Assembly: GCA_964016885.1 (NCBI GenBank)
Contig: OZ024741.1
Location: 196,168,001-196,232,000 of the forward strand
Direction: 5' to 3'
Source of the DNA: Eledone cirrhosa
Lineage: Eukaryota
Length of the DNA stretch: 64,000 nt
In this document: in pieces, positions 1 to 12,060 of the stretch
How the letters are laid out: each line of letters opens with the position of its first letter
Position numbering within the stretch: the stretch's first letter is position 1
Notes under the pieces: generated by a model
Databases searched by the model: none
Told to the model about the DNA's origin: nothing
The model's input: the letters and a program-made list of their open reading frames with translations, nothing else
Made by a program: the position numbers and the translations under genes

Positions 1-916
1 TTGAAGAGTTCTGGTTCTACTGTTACCAAACATCGTCTCTATTTTATTTTTCACTCTTTATTGGTGAGGAGTGAAGTTTTTTTGTGTTTGTTTGCATGTA
101 AGGAGCATTGTCACATATCCTATGGTTTTTCGTAGGTCAGCAATCTTTTTGTCTATTTTAGTTATATATGATGGTATTTTTGGTGGTGTTTTATTCTTTT
201 TAATATCTCTGCTATCACCAAGAAAATGCTTTACTGTCGTTGCTAAGGCATATAAACAGGCGTTGATTTGCCAAAATGTTGGGGTTTTTATCCGTCGTAA
301 ATATTCATCCCCTATTTCGTCAATAACACGCAATATTTCATTATTTGGTTTTTTATTAAACATTGTCGTTTTAATACGTTCAGCAAGAGAGATGTTTATA
401 CATGAATTAATTTCTCTCTGGAAGATTTCGTTGAGGGAAATTTTCAATTGTTTATACTTTTGATTATTATCATTATCGATAGTATTTTCCACAACAGTCG
501 AGGTAGACTCGGATGGTACACGTGGTGTCAAATTTCTTCGATTATTATTATTATCGATAGTGCTTTCCCCAACATTCGAGGTAGACTTAGATGGTACACG
601 TGGTGTCATGTTTCTTACAGGCATAGTTGTTTCAAGGCGCTGTTCGACCTATCTGCTAGGAAGTCTAGTAGCATGGCACGTGTTGTTGATCCCATGTTTG
701 TTGTGGGGGACTTACAATTAATAATATGTAAAATGAATTATGTATTTAGTCGGATATCTCTACGAATTCGAATAAAAGGTGTCTTCAGAAGATATAGTTA
801 GAAGAATAACCAGTTATTCAACATGACTGTAGTTGTGGCATTACTGTCGGAGATAGTATTCATCTTAAATTTAATAAATAGTCTCCCACGCCAAAATATG
901 CGACTGATCGCGTTGA
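1..916 (-). mobile_element. 5' part of an R4/Dong-clade non-LTR retrotransposon (N-terminal ORF region, premature stop; runs off the window)
   Basis: ORF 58..624 contains WQINACLYALATTV...PPKIPSYITKIDKKIADLRKTIG, resembling the pre-RT region of R4/Dong proteins. It has an internal ~75-bp duplication (TPRVPSxSTSxVxExTIDNxNN twice), and its 5' end abuts a TG/TATG microsatellite. Confidence 0.6.
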
Positions 917-1069
917 CTGTGTGTGTGTGTGTATATATATATGTATGCATGTATGTATGTATGTATGTATGTTCTTCTGGTTTTATAATTTCACAATTTT
1001 TTCCCCAATAGAGAGAGATGTATGTATGCATGTATGTAAATATGTAAGTATGTATGAAAGCGCGTGCCT

Positions 1070-1502
1070 TTCACAATCGTGAGGTTGCGAGTTCGATTCC
1101 CCGATCAGTCGACGCGTTGTCTCCTTGAGCAAGACACTTTATTTCACGTTGCTCCCGTTCACTCGCTGTAGTTGCAACGTTATTGGTGCCTAGCTGTATC
1201 GGCCTTTGCTTTTCCCTTGGACAACATTGGTGGCATGGAGAAGGGAGACTGGTATGCATGGGCGACTGCTGGTCTTCCATAAAAACACTTTGTCCGGGCT
1301 TGTTTCGGAAGGGAACTTTCTAGGAGCAATATCCATTGTCATTCGTGATAGAAGAAGAAGAAGAAGAAGAAGAAGAAGAAGAAGAAGAAGAAGAAGAAGA
1401 AGAAGAAGAAGAAGAAGAAGAAGAAGAAAAAGAAGAAGAAGAAGAAGAAGAAGAAGAAGAAGAAGAAGAAGAAGAAGAAGAAGAAGAAGAAGAAGAAGAA
1501 GA
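1070..1502 (+). mobile_element. tRNA-derived SINE (CORE-like central domain) ending in a (GAA)n tail
   Basis: B box GTTCGATTCC and CCTTGAGCAAGACACTT core, followed by (GAA)n at 1351-1502. Related copies at ~36960-37290 (-), 38771-38990 (+) and ~7880-8088 (-). Confidence 0.75.
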
Positions 1503-1849
1503 TAGCTAGCTAGCTGAGACAATAAGGCTCAATGGGTCTCAACTACCAACAGTTAGCTTCATCCAGGAAGATGTAGCCAAACAATATAATCAATGAGATC
1601 AATACAGACCTAACAGATATGGTTTAAATAAGAGAGTGGTGTCCTGTCGCAAACTGTCTGAGACTGGTAGGATAAAACAGTTGTTAGTTTGAACAACTGT
1701 TAAGTCGATGTCTACAAGATGAACATGGGTAGGCATGGAATTCCAAGTGGTTGACCTTCTGAGGCGGAAAGGTTAGATATGGTTTGTCTGATGTCTGGGG
1801 ACGAGATTTATTATCGCTGATAAAAGGGGGATAAAGAGAATATGCAGAT

Positions 1850-2720
1850 GGCTAGTTCATATCAGCAAAAGCTATTTTTCTGGTAGGAGAACATACAGAA
1901 TCAGGAAGTATTGGAGTGTATTAGTGAGTGGGTATTTATCAAATCAGTCATATGGCCTTCAGATGCGGTCGCTGATACGGGCGTAGAAGCACTACTCCAT
2001 TGTGCGATTTTCTAGAATGATTTTACACCTTAATTAAGCAACACTAGAAAGGATGATGTACAGCGATTGTTTCTTTGTGCTTTGGAAGAGACTAGGCTAC
2101 TCTGTTTTTATTGGAAGATATTTTCGATGTCTTTGTTTTAAGTAGCATTGTATGGTTGATGTGAGGTTTTCTTGGCTGCATCTGACTGACGTTTATGTAT
2201 GTAGGTTGGCGAGTGAAGAGGGAATAGTTTTATATGCACAGGAGTGAGTGTTGTTAGACGTAACCGCAAGCCAGTTGTTATTGTATAGGAGAAAGAATCT
2301 GAGTGATATAACTAAAACTTGGGGAACACTAAAATTGATAAAGTGTGGGCCAGTGAGAGTTTCACTTGCGGTATCGTCTGAGATTGCTATCGTCTGACGG
2401 GAAGATTATAACCCATGAGACGAGGCATTGCTGGATACCACAGTCGGACAGCTTAGCCTGTAGATTCCCATGTCAGATACTGATGACAAATGCTTTACTG
2501 ATGTCAAATGAAACCACCTTGTTTTCAACTAATTTCTCAAGGGCGAGTCCCCGTTAAATATTGCACCAAAGAATCCATACTGGTGATCATTGATGGAGAA
2601 GAGTGACTGAAAGCACTTGGGAATGTGGTTGAAAAATTTAACGAAGATAGGATATATGTTTGGAAAGAAACGTTTGAAGGACACTATCAAAGCCAATATC
2701 TTCAATAGCTTGAAGGGACC
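1850..2720 (-). mobile_element. Degraded CR1/Jockey-like LINE reverse transcriptase fragment
   Basis: Minus-strand translation gives VVSFDISKAF (~2490-2518), SVPQ (~2320) and an MEY-like motif (~2000), with many stops. Confidence 0.55.
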
Positions 2721-3758
2721 AACGGCGTCGTTGTTGTTGTTGTTGTTTAGATATAGGTCAGTCCTGATGAAGCAGGCTTATAATTAAAGACATTCGTATC
2801 ATGACTATCCCATTCTATTTTCAGACAATTTATTTACGTGGTCCAATGCGTCTTTCTTTTAAAACAATAGGGTGTGATCTGAAGAAGATTTGATTGCTAT
2901 TTAAAGCAGGTTATGCCACCCCGCAGAGGCTTTCTTTTTCACACATGGCGTGTATGTGTATATTATGTTATCTATATTATATTATTTTAATTATAAAGTT
3001 TCGACAGATTTTTTTTTTTTACAGAATTGAAAATGAAAGAAAAATAGACAATTAAGATTATTGGGAAAATATTTATTTTTTCAGTGTTTTATTATTTAGT
3101 TTATTTATAGTTTGCTTGAAGCAATCATATATATTTCGCAATGAAATCGGGGTCTATTATGCTGGAAAATTACTCACTGATAATGAACGCTGAAACAGAC
3201 ACAACCGACGTATGTAGTATATTATAAGAGATACATGCATGGTTGAATTAAGGCCAACTGATGTTTTAAGCATAACCCAACAATGATGTCCCATCGACCT
3301 TTCCTTTGTCTAATTCACAGGACATTGTGACATAAATAGTAGGTGTTGAAATTGAAATAATACAATAAAATCCCATTTCCTTCTGGGTCATCTCCTAAGC
3401 CAAACCCTAAAACTACATTAAATATAACCCGTTTTTAATTTCATTTATTAAACACTAAACAGTAGTAAGCAATAGAAGCAAATTGTTTGCTTAAAACTAC
3501 AACAACGGGGAAAACATGCAAATTTTAACCCATTTTTTAAAATTCATTTAAAAGAAAAAATATATAATTTACCATTCGCACTATGATAAATCCAGCACTG
3601 TAAAATAACTCTGTAATACACCTCTGCACCCTTCTCTTGGTGCCCTAACCAAGTGCTTATTTTTTTATGGTTTCTGGGCCTGAATAAATATATAAAAGCC
3701 GGATGCAAATTTGATTCATTAATCAATAAACGTCCGATAAATAAATATTGTACCGGGT

Positions 3759-3902
3759 TTATCGCTTTAAAGAGCTCTCCATTCCGCTTTTCATATGACT
3801 GCATATGTACTGGTAGGTAAGACGCCATGCTTCTGCTATCTCTTTGTTATAGCTATCCTTTAAAACTTGTTTAAAGCTATAGTTTAATGACGGCCATAAT
3901 CT
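3759..3902 (-). CDS. Globin (globin X-like), coding exon 3 (G7 to H helix, stop)
   Basis: Acceptor ttttccAG|AGA, phase 0. Translates RLWPSLNYSFKQVLKDSYNKEIAEAWRLTYQYICSHMKSGMESSLKR*, containing the H-helix AW motif; in frame with exon 2. Confidence 0.9.
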   Translation of the reverse strand, partial: RLWPSLNYSFKQVLKDSYNKEIAEAWRLTYQYICSHMKSGMESSLKR

Positions 3903-6484
3903 CTGGAAAATAAAATGCAAAGAGTGACAAATTTTAGTAAAAATGTATTTAAAACAATTGGAATATGGAGTAAACTCTCAGTGTGCTGATCCTTACGGAC
4001 CCGTAACTCCTAGTGGAATCCTAGGGGTTGGGGGCGTCATAGTATATGGTGTGTCTTGTGCCTTTTAAACCTCGCGGAGCCCATCCCCTCTCCATATGTA
4101 AACGCAGCCGATTTCTTCAAGAGGAAGTGAGAAAGAGATACAGAAGAAGAATCGACCCCAATGATGGACTGGTACTTTTTTATCGACCTTGAAAGGGTAA
4201 AAGGCAAAGTTGACCTTGACGGGATTTGAATTCAGAGAGCCGGAACGAATACCGTAAATCATTCAATCCGACGTTCTAACGACTCTGCCAATTCGCCGCT
4301 TTATCCTATTAATAAATTAATAAGAATGTTCGTATTTTGGGGATTAAAGTTCGGAATGAGTAAGTAATGCAACACATTCGTTTTCCTGAAAGGATTCAAT
4401 TGAAATGAGCGAATTGTCGTTAGATTATGTGGAATATATTAAAACTCAACTGAACTTCTCCATGATACTTATTTATAGTTAGGTGAACGGAATCATTAGA
4501 AGTTCGGTTTTAACAGTCTTTATTGTTAGAAATACATTTCCCGAATGTAAGATGGGCATAAAATTATCAAAGCACTTCCATTATCATATGTTAGAGCTAC
4601 TGTTCATTTAATCGCACAGATTAGACTAGTGAGTGAGACCCAACACCATTTCTAGCAAAACTCATAGAAAGAATTGGTTTCAACATTGAAAGTCAACAAA
4701 TAATTCGTCAATTTAACAATACTGTCACAGGCTCCTACGTACGACTAAGTGGGCTGGGCCGTTGAAAACTAAATATTTTGGACATAGACACAAGAGAAGT
4801 GTTGTTGACAGGCTAAAAACATTTAACGGTGGGATGACAGAATTGTTAAAACATTGAACGAAATACGTTGCAGTATTTGTTCTTGTTCTTTGCCTTCTGA
4901 GTTAAAGTTTTCTGTGGTCATCTGGTTTAACACCAACGCCTGGCCCTTGGGTGCCTTTGGCGGCGTCCATTCAGTTGTAAACGTTCGAACTAGGTCTTCG
5001 GCTTGCTTGAGGATGCCCCCCCCCCCCCCCCGTCTCAGAAGTCTCAGTTGCATTGAAAAGAGTAATATGTACTACCCTTCCACCTGACTAAGCGATACAA
5101 AAAGAATTCATCGAATCAGCCATCATATCTCTAATACAGATATGTCTGCTTTAACAATTACGGACTATATAAGGTGTGAATACGAACTATGATAGTAAAT
5201 TCCAACGAAACATGATTTGCGTAAGAAGAAAAATATTATCTTTTATTTGTCCTATCATTGTTTATTACAATTTTTCTGTTGCTAACACCTTTGAGGAGAA
5301 GAACCAAAAAGCACAGCTAAAAAGATTGTCTATAAATTTTTATGATAATTTAAAATTAGTACCTTTGCATAATAAAATTAGTTTAAAATCTTCAAAATAT
5401 CTTTTAAAATCATCCCAAATGAAAAAAAAACATAAAATATCCATACCAGTAAACCAAACATTAAACTGACACTTTTCTGAAAGAATGTTACCCTGTTAAG
5501 TGTAGTTTTCTAAACATGTCTAACAAAAATCAGGCAACTTTTAGAAATGTAATAGTTCGTTGTAATAAAATTATTCCATTTTTGCTCTAAGAAAGCTAAA
5601 TTTTAAACCAAAATTCTAAAAATTTCACATCAATCCACACTATAAAGTTAATACTTTCTGGAGACCCCTTGCTATGGTAGGCTTTCGAGCAAAAGTTCAG
5701 TTAAAAGGACTTAAAAGCTGAAATGTTATGCTGACTGCTCATTTCGATCCTCTACAGCTTGTACCAATGAAACTGGACGAGCAACCAATGAAACTGGACG
5801 AGCAAACGTTATTAGCGAGCCGTAATTCTCACGACAATATAAACGGGGTCTTTTTTACTAGGTCCAGAGTGCCATAAAGAGACACTCCCTCTCTAAGTAT
5901 GCCAAATCCATCCCTATGAAGTGATTGATAAAATCTATTAATCTAATATATTTATTATCCCGCCAACCACAAATCACGACAATTAAACAATTTTTGCAGC
6001 AAATACCAGTAGATGCTTTCTTTTAATAGTGCTAACTCCATCAGCTGCAGCTTGCCAAAAAGCTTCCAACAAGCTATAAACGACTTCTCTGAGTTAATTT
6101 TTTGCGGAGATGTGAATTTATTCCTAAATTTGGCATTTTGAGCGCACCGTGCTGTGACACGTATAATCTTAACTTACCAGAGCTATGCACTGAGCTATAT
6201 ATGCAAGAAAGTGCACTTGTATTAACAACTTAATGTGAACATAGACCGATATATACATAACTAAGGCCGACATTTGCTCTAACAAGAACGTAAACAAATC
6301 TCAACCAAACTATCTACGAATTCAAGAAAAAGGAAATCGTAAACCAGTCGCACCTACCTTATAAATGGTGGTGTTTGTGGTGATGGTGGTGGTGATATCA
6401 AGTAAATATAGTATAAATACTGATGGCGGTGTCTGTGGTGCGGAAGAGTAATTAAATATAAGAATGATCATGAAATAAACTTAC

Positions 6485-6722
6485 TTTTAACATCTGTGGT
6501 TTTATATTTTTGTATACATGTGCCTCTCCGATTCTAAATAATATACCATTTAGAAATTGTGAGTCTTCCAAACTCTCTACGGCAGCTTCAAGACCTCGCA
6601 TTACTGTTAAACCATGTCTTTGTAACATATCACGATCAACATCCCATTCCAGTTCATTATTTTCACTAATTCGAATGATCTTCGGAAAATACGCTTTCAA
6701 GTCCTGGTCGCTTTTAAAGAAA
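6485..6722 (-). CDS. Globin (globin X-like), coding exon 2 (B12 to G6)
   Basis: Acceptor catttcAG|T, donor AAA|GTAAGT. Translates (H)FFKSDQDLKAYFPKII...MLQRHGLTVMRGLEAAVESL...IGEAHVYKNIKPQMLK with CD1 Phe, distal E7 His and proximal F8 His. Confidence 0.93.
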
Positions 6723-6732
6723 CTGAAATGCA

Positions 6733-6890
6733 GATATTGAGTAAAATAGTAATGGAGGAATATTGTGTAAAAGTTAGTAATGGAGGGATATTGAGTAAAA
6801 TATAGTAATGGAGGGGTATTGAGTAAGATATAGTAATGAAGGGATATTGAGTAAGATATAGTAATGGAGGGATATTGAGTAAGAGTTAAT
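6733..6890. repeat. ~28-bp minisatellite (about 6 copies) next to the globin exon 2 acceptor
   Basis: Unit gatattgagtaagatatagtaatggagg. Interrupted by a SINE at ~6890-7072, with a remnant unit at ~7080-7098. Confidence 0.85.
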
Positions 6891-8489
6891 GATTGTTTCT
6901 ACTTTTAGCACAAGGCCAGCAATTACTCCAGTACTTTATTTTATCGACCTCGTAAGGATGAATGACAAAGCTAACCTCGGCGAGATTTGAACTCAGAACG
7001 TAAAGGGCTATAACTCTATGCTACAAAGCATGGTGTCTGACACTTTACCGATACTGTTAATCCACCACCCTCAGTGGAGTTAATAATGGAGGGATATTTG
7101 CTGAGATAGCAAGATAGGTATATTAGTTAGTGAGGTATCTATAATTCGCTATCTTACAAAGATGTAGTATAACACCTCTGTAGTTGGACATTAGTTCTAA
7201 TATATATCCAATTTAAGACTCTAAAAATATATGATAAATCTAAACTATAATAAAGAAAGGTTTGCGGGACTACGTGCGGTTTATTTTTTTTTTATCCCGT
7301 TAGTAAAATAAGTTGGATTACTTTGAATAAATAATGAATGAATATTACATAATTTATCTACTAAATTTCGTAAACAAAAATAATTTCGTAAAAATAAATA
7401 ATTTAAAATTGACTTCTTTTCAAAGTTGCACTTCCGGTATATCGTTGCCACCACCACCACTTCAACTACCATATATATATATAGAAAGAGAGAGTGTGTG
7501 ATATCAACACTTCCGGTGGCGATCACTTAAATAAACATACTAATTTTCTGTCGCTAATTTTCTCCTAACGCAGTTTATATATAATATCGTCTTTTTTTAA
7601 TGTATCATGGATTACGTTACTGATTACATAAGACAGTGTAACACAGTCTTCGTTCAATTTCTGTTTATATTGTCAATTACGATTTTATTTGATGTATCAT
7701 ATCTACATGTATATATACTTGCGTATAATATCAATATATATACTATACAACATTTTCACGGAAACCCATTAAGTCAATATTTATGAAAATATTTCCTGTA
7801 AATCATAAGAGCTCTTAGTGTTTAAATTTTCTCATATATTTTTTAGAACAAGATCCCAGATATCACTTGCTTAAAGAGTGGGGTGGAGCTCGTCAAATCG
7901 GACCAAGGAAACAATGTTTCCTTTGGTATTTACATTGTTGATACTATCTACCAGTCGTAACTCTTGACAGAAAGAGTAACGTAAGTGTTTTGATCAAGGA
8001 CATAAGGCATTGCCTAGTCCGGGAATCGAACTTGCAACCTCACAATTGCGACTACTATTCTCTAACCCCCAAGCCACATGCTTTCACTAAATAAATAGAA
8101 TGCCAGTAAAATTCACATGTTGTCTGGTACATATCACCCACCTTTAGAGAGCTATGGTGAAGTCTGTAGAATTAGGTGCACTGCCTAATGAAATCTCTAT
8201 AATAAATATGAATAGTCGTAAATCATATCTACTTGGCTATTTCGATCGTACCCATATGCTTAAATTTTGATTCAGTATCAATAAGAAGATACGTAATTAG
8301 TATATCCTTGGGTAGTATACCAGGGCTATTCTATTGTAACATTCTCCGTAGTCTTGCTTCTGCTACCAATAGTTAGATAAGTGACGCAAATGTTTCACTG
8401 ATAGACAACTAAATTCTTGCGACAGGTGTGACCTGACGAGTCATACGTTTGAATACCTTATCCACCCTGCCATTTCGTTTCTATAAAAA

Positions 8490-8890
8490 GTAGGCACTAG
8501 TTATCAAGTGGTAGTTGCAATAGAGTACTACTCCCACATCTGACTCGATGGTACACTAAACATACAGACATCGTGGACCGTATCCAAAACAACAAAGCCA
8601 CTCGACTGACTGGAATATACTCAATATATTCCAATCACTGGTCCACTGACGTGATGTCCTCACTCTGGCCATTCTACTGCTACTCTATTATCTATACTCC
8701 TAGAACCTGGCTGATCCCTTCAGAACTGGTTAACTCCTCCTTCTCGTCATCCATATTGCGTCCACACAAACTACCCACTAACCATTATGTTCAGTCCTTT
8801 TACCCTAGAACCTCATTTCTCAGAAACTTCATCCCTTCCTGTGTTTTTCCTGCAATCGTATATTTGCAATATTCAAAAGAAATAAAATGA
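8490..8890 (+). mobile_element. CR1/Jockey-like LINE 3' fragment
   Basis: IEYYSHI* followed by DRIQNNKATRL, matching the EYCSHIW...LDRIQxKAxRLI motif of LINE ORF2 C-termini. Confidence 0.55.
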
Positions 8891-9164
8891 GAGATTGATA
8901 GAATTGGTAGAGCGTCGGATAAATTGCTATTGTGGTGTTTGATCTGGCTCTTTACATTCTGAGTTAAAATTCCTTAGTGACCAATTTTGCCTTCCGTCGT
9001 TCCTGGGTCGATAAAATAAAGTAGCAGTTAACTACTGAGGTTGATTTAATCAACTTCAACCAGTCTTGTGCTTAAATTTAGAAATCAATATTCAAAAGAA
9101 ATATTAATTATATCAGCCTCAGATGGCCTGTAAAATCCATGGAAACAAACCTCTGCCTCTAGAC

Positions 9165-9316
9165 CAGTGATGGGCAAACTGTGACCCATAAGCCCCAGGC
9201 GGCCTCTTTGTCTATCTGAATTGCCTATCTAATTTCAAAATTGCCTTGAATATTTTAGTAGTGCGGCCCACCACATCCTATGGGGCCTACTGCTTGAAAA
9301 ACGTTGCCTATGCCTA
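9165..9316. mobile_element. hAT (Charlie-like) MITE
   Basis: Imperfect TIRs CAGTGATGGGCAAACT / ACGTTGCCTATGCCTA with an exact 8-bp TSD CTCTAGAC (9157-9164, 9317-9324). Confidence 0.8.
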
Positions 9317-9589
9317 CTCTAGACCAAACCAATAAAGATATACATGCATAAGATTTCAACAGATCAACTCGATTAGGCAATATTTTTATTCTGTTTATTT
9401 CTCGTTGAGAAGAGGATTGATTAGAGTGGGTACCATTGATCACACAAGAATTCATCTGTTGTCACAACTAAGTGTCGTCAATTAAATTCTTCCTCAACAA
9501 AACAAGACTCACCAACTGTGACTCAGTGTCCTATGCTACCTAACGAAAAGCAACATTGGTGGAACTGTATTCAAATCTATCAATGCAAG

Positions 9590-9900
9590 TTAAGGATCAG
9601 TCCACTTCGTGGTGCCGGCAGATAGGAGGGAGAAGACATTGCCCCGGAGGATGACGAGAGAGACGCGTCGGAACAGCCACTCCATCTTGCGGGTAGCCAG
9701 CTCTGCCCCGATAGCAGTGAGCAGGGATGTGGTCCGCGGGGATGGGGGGGGGGGGGGCAACAAGAACGCTGGAAGTCTCCACTGACACAAATTCCACCAC
9801 AAACCTATCAGAGAGCAGATGATAACTTTGACAGTTTGTCCTCTACGGCCTGGCGAGCAGCGAAGCCTGGGCTCACCAACTGGTATTGTTTTGGTCGAAG
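9590..9900 (-). mobile_element. 3' fragment of a CRE-like non-LTR element (restriction-like endonuclease C-terminus)
   Basis: VSVETS...SLLTAIGAEL...WLFRRVSLVILRGNVFSLLSAG resembles the ETxG...QRlsvaiqRGNA motif. Homologues at ~15180-15353 (-) and ~55700-55960 (+). Confidence 0.55.
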
Positions 9901-9989
9901 GAGTGATACCTAGGATTTTAATCTGAGGAAGTAGTGTTGCTGTTTTTAAGCAGTAACTTAGCAGAGAAAAAGGTCGACACTTCTCTATT

Positions 9990-10141
<152 letters not shown>

Positions 10142-10230
10142 ATCAACCAAGCTATTTCTCTTTTACATTCATTCCATGAATTAGATCAACCTCAACTTCC
10201 CTTTCTGTACATTAACAACGTATCCACAGT

Positions 10231-12060
10231 TACCCACAAGACGGTGAGTTGACAGTGTCGTTGTTAGAACATCAGATAGAATGCTTTGCGGTACCCACAA
10301 GACAGTGAATTGACAGTGTCGTTGTTAGAACATCAGATAGAATACTTTGCGATACCCACAAGACGGTGAATTGACAGACTGGTTGTTACAACATCAGATA
10401 GAATGCTTTGCGGTACCCACAAGACGGTGAGTTGACAGTGTCGTTGTTAGAACATCAGATAGAATCCTTTGCGGTACCCACAAGACGGTGAATTGACAGT
10501 GTCGTTGTTAGAACATCAGATAGAATGCTTTGCGGTACCCACAAGACGGTGAATTGACAGTGTCGTTGTTAGAACATCAGATAGAATACTTTGCGATACC
10601 CACAAGACGGTGAATTGACAGTGTCATTGTTAGAACATCAGATAGAATACTTTGCGATACCCACAAGACGGTGAATTGACAGTGTCGTTGTTAGAACATC
10701 AGATAGAATACTTTGCGGTACCCACAAGACGGTGAATTGACAGAGTCGTTGTTATAACATCAGATAGAATGCTTTGCGGTACCCACAAGACGGTGAATTG
10801 ACAGTGTCGTTGTTAGAACATCAGATAGAATGCTTTGCGGTACCCACAAGACGGTGAATCGACAGAGTCGTTGTTAGAACATCAGATAGAATGCTTTGCG
10901 GTACCCACAAGACGGTGAATTGACAGTGTCGTTGTTAGAACATCAGATAGAATACTTTGCGGTACCCACAAGACGGTGAGTTGACAGAGTGGTTGTTAGA
11001 ACATCAGATAGAATGCTTTGCGGTACCCACAAGACGGTGAGTTGACAGAGTGGTTGTTAGAACATCAGATAGAATACTTTGCGGTACCCACAAGACGGTG
11101 AGTTGACAGAGTGGTTGTTAGAACATCAGATAGAATACTTTGCGGTACCCACAAGACGGTGAGTTGACAGTGTCGTTGTTAGAACATCAGATAGAATGCT
11201 TTGCGGTACCCACAAGACGGTGAATTGACAGTGTCGTTGTTAGAACATCAGATAGAATGCTTTGCGGTACCCACAAGACGGTGAATTGACAGTGTCGTTG
11301 TTAGAACATCAGATAGAATGCTTTGCGGTACCCACAAGACGGTGAGTTGACAGAGTGGTTGTTAGAACATCAGATAGAATACTTTGCGGTACCCACAAGA
11401 CGGTGAATCGACAGAGTGGTTGTTAGAACATCAGATAGAATACTTTGCGGTACCCACAAGACGGTGAATTGACAGTGTCGTTGTTAGAACATCAGATAGA
11501 ATGCTTTGCGGTACCCACAAGACGGTGAATTGACAGTGTCGTTGTTAGAACATCAGATAGAATGCTTTGCGGTACCCACAAGACGGTGAATTGACACTGT
11601 CGTTGTTAGAACATCAGATAGAATACTTTGCGGTACCCACAAGACGGTGAATTGACAGAGTCGTTGTTAGAACATCAGATAGAATACTTTGCGGTACCCA
11701 CAAGACGGTGAATTGACAGAGTCGTTGTTAGAACATCAGATAGAATGCTTTGCGGTACCCACAAGACGGTGAATTGACAGTGTCGTTGTTAGAACATCAG
11801 ATAGAATGCTTTGCGGTACCCACAAGACGGTGAATTGACAGTGTCGTTGTTAGAACATCAGATAGAATACTTTGCGGTACCCACAAGACGGTGAATTGAC
11901 AGAGTCGTTGTTAGAACATCAGATAGAATACTTTGCGGTACCCACAAGACGGTGAATTGACAGAGTCGTTGTTAGAACATCAGATAGAATGCTTTGCGGT
12001 ACCCACAAGACGGTGAATTGACAGTGTCGTTGTTAGAACATCAGATAGAATGCTTTGCGG
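10231..12060 (+). repeat. 61-bp minisatellite, 30 copies, derived from a SINE 5' head
   Basis: Unit tacccacaagacggtgaattgacagtgtcgttgttagaacatcagatagaatgctttgcgg (1830 bp = 30 x 61). The last unit runs into the SINE B box GAGTTCAAATTCC and body (12061-12135). Confidence 0.95.

Noticed and set aside
2760-2800. CTGATGA as a hammerhead core
   Set aside because: No stem II or downstream GAAA-stem III.
3544-3828. 94-aa minus-strand ORF
   Set aside because: Out-of-frame overlap with globin exon 3 and its 3' UTR.
10231-12060. CRISPR-like array
   Set aside because: Units are contiguous with no unique spacers, there are no cas genes, and the unit derives from a SINE head.
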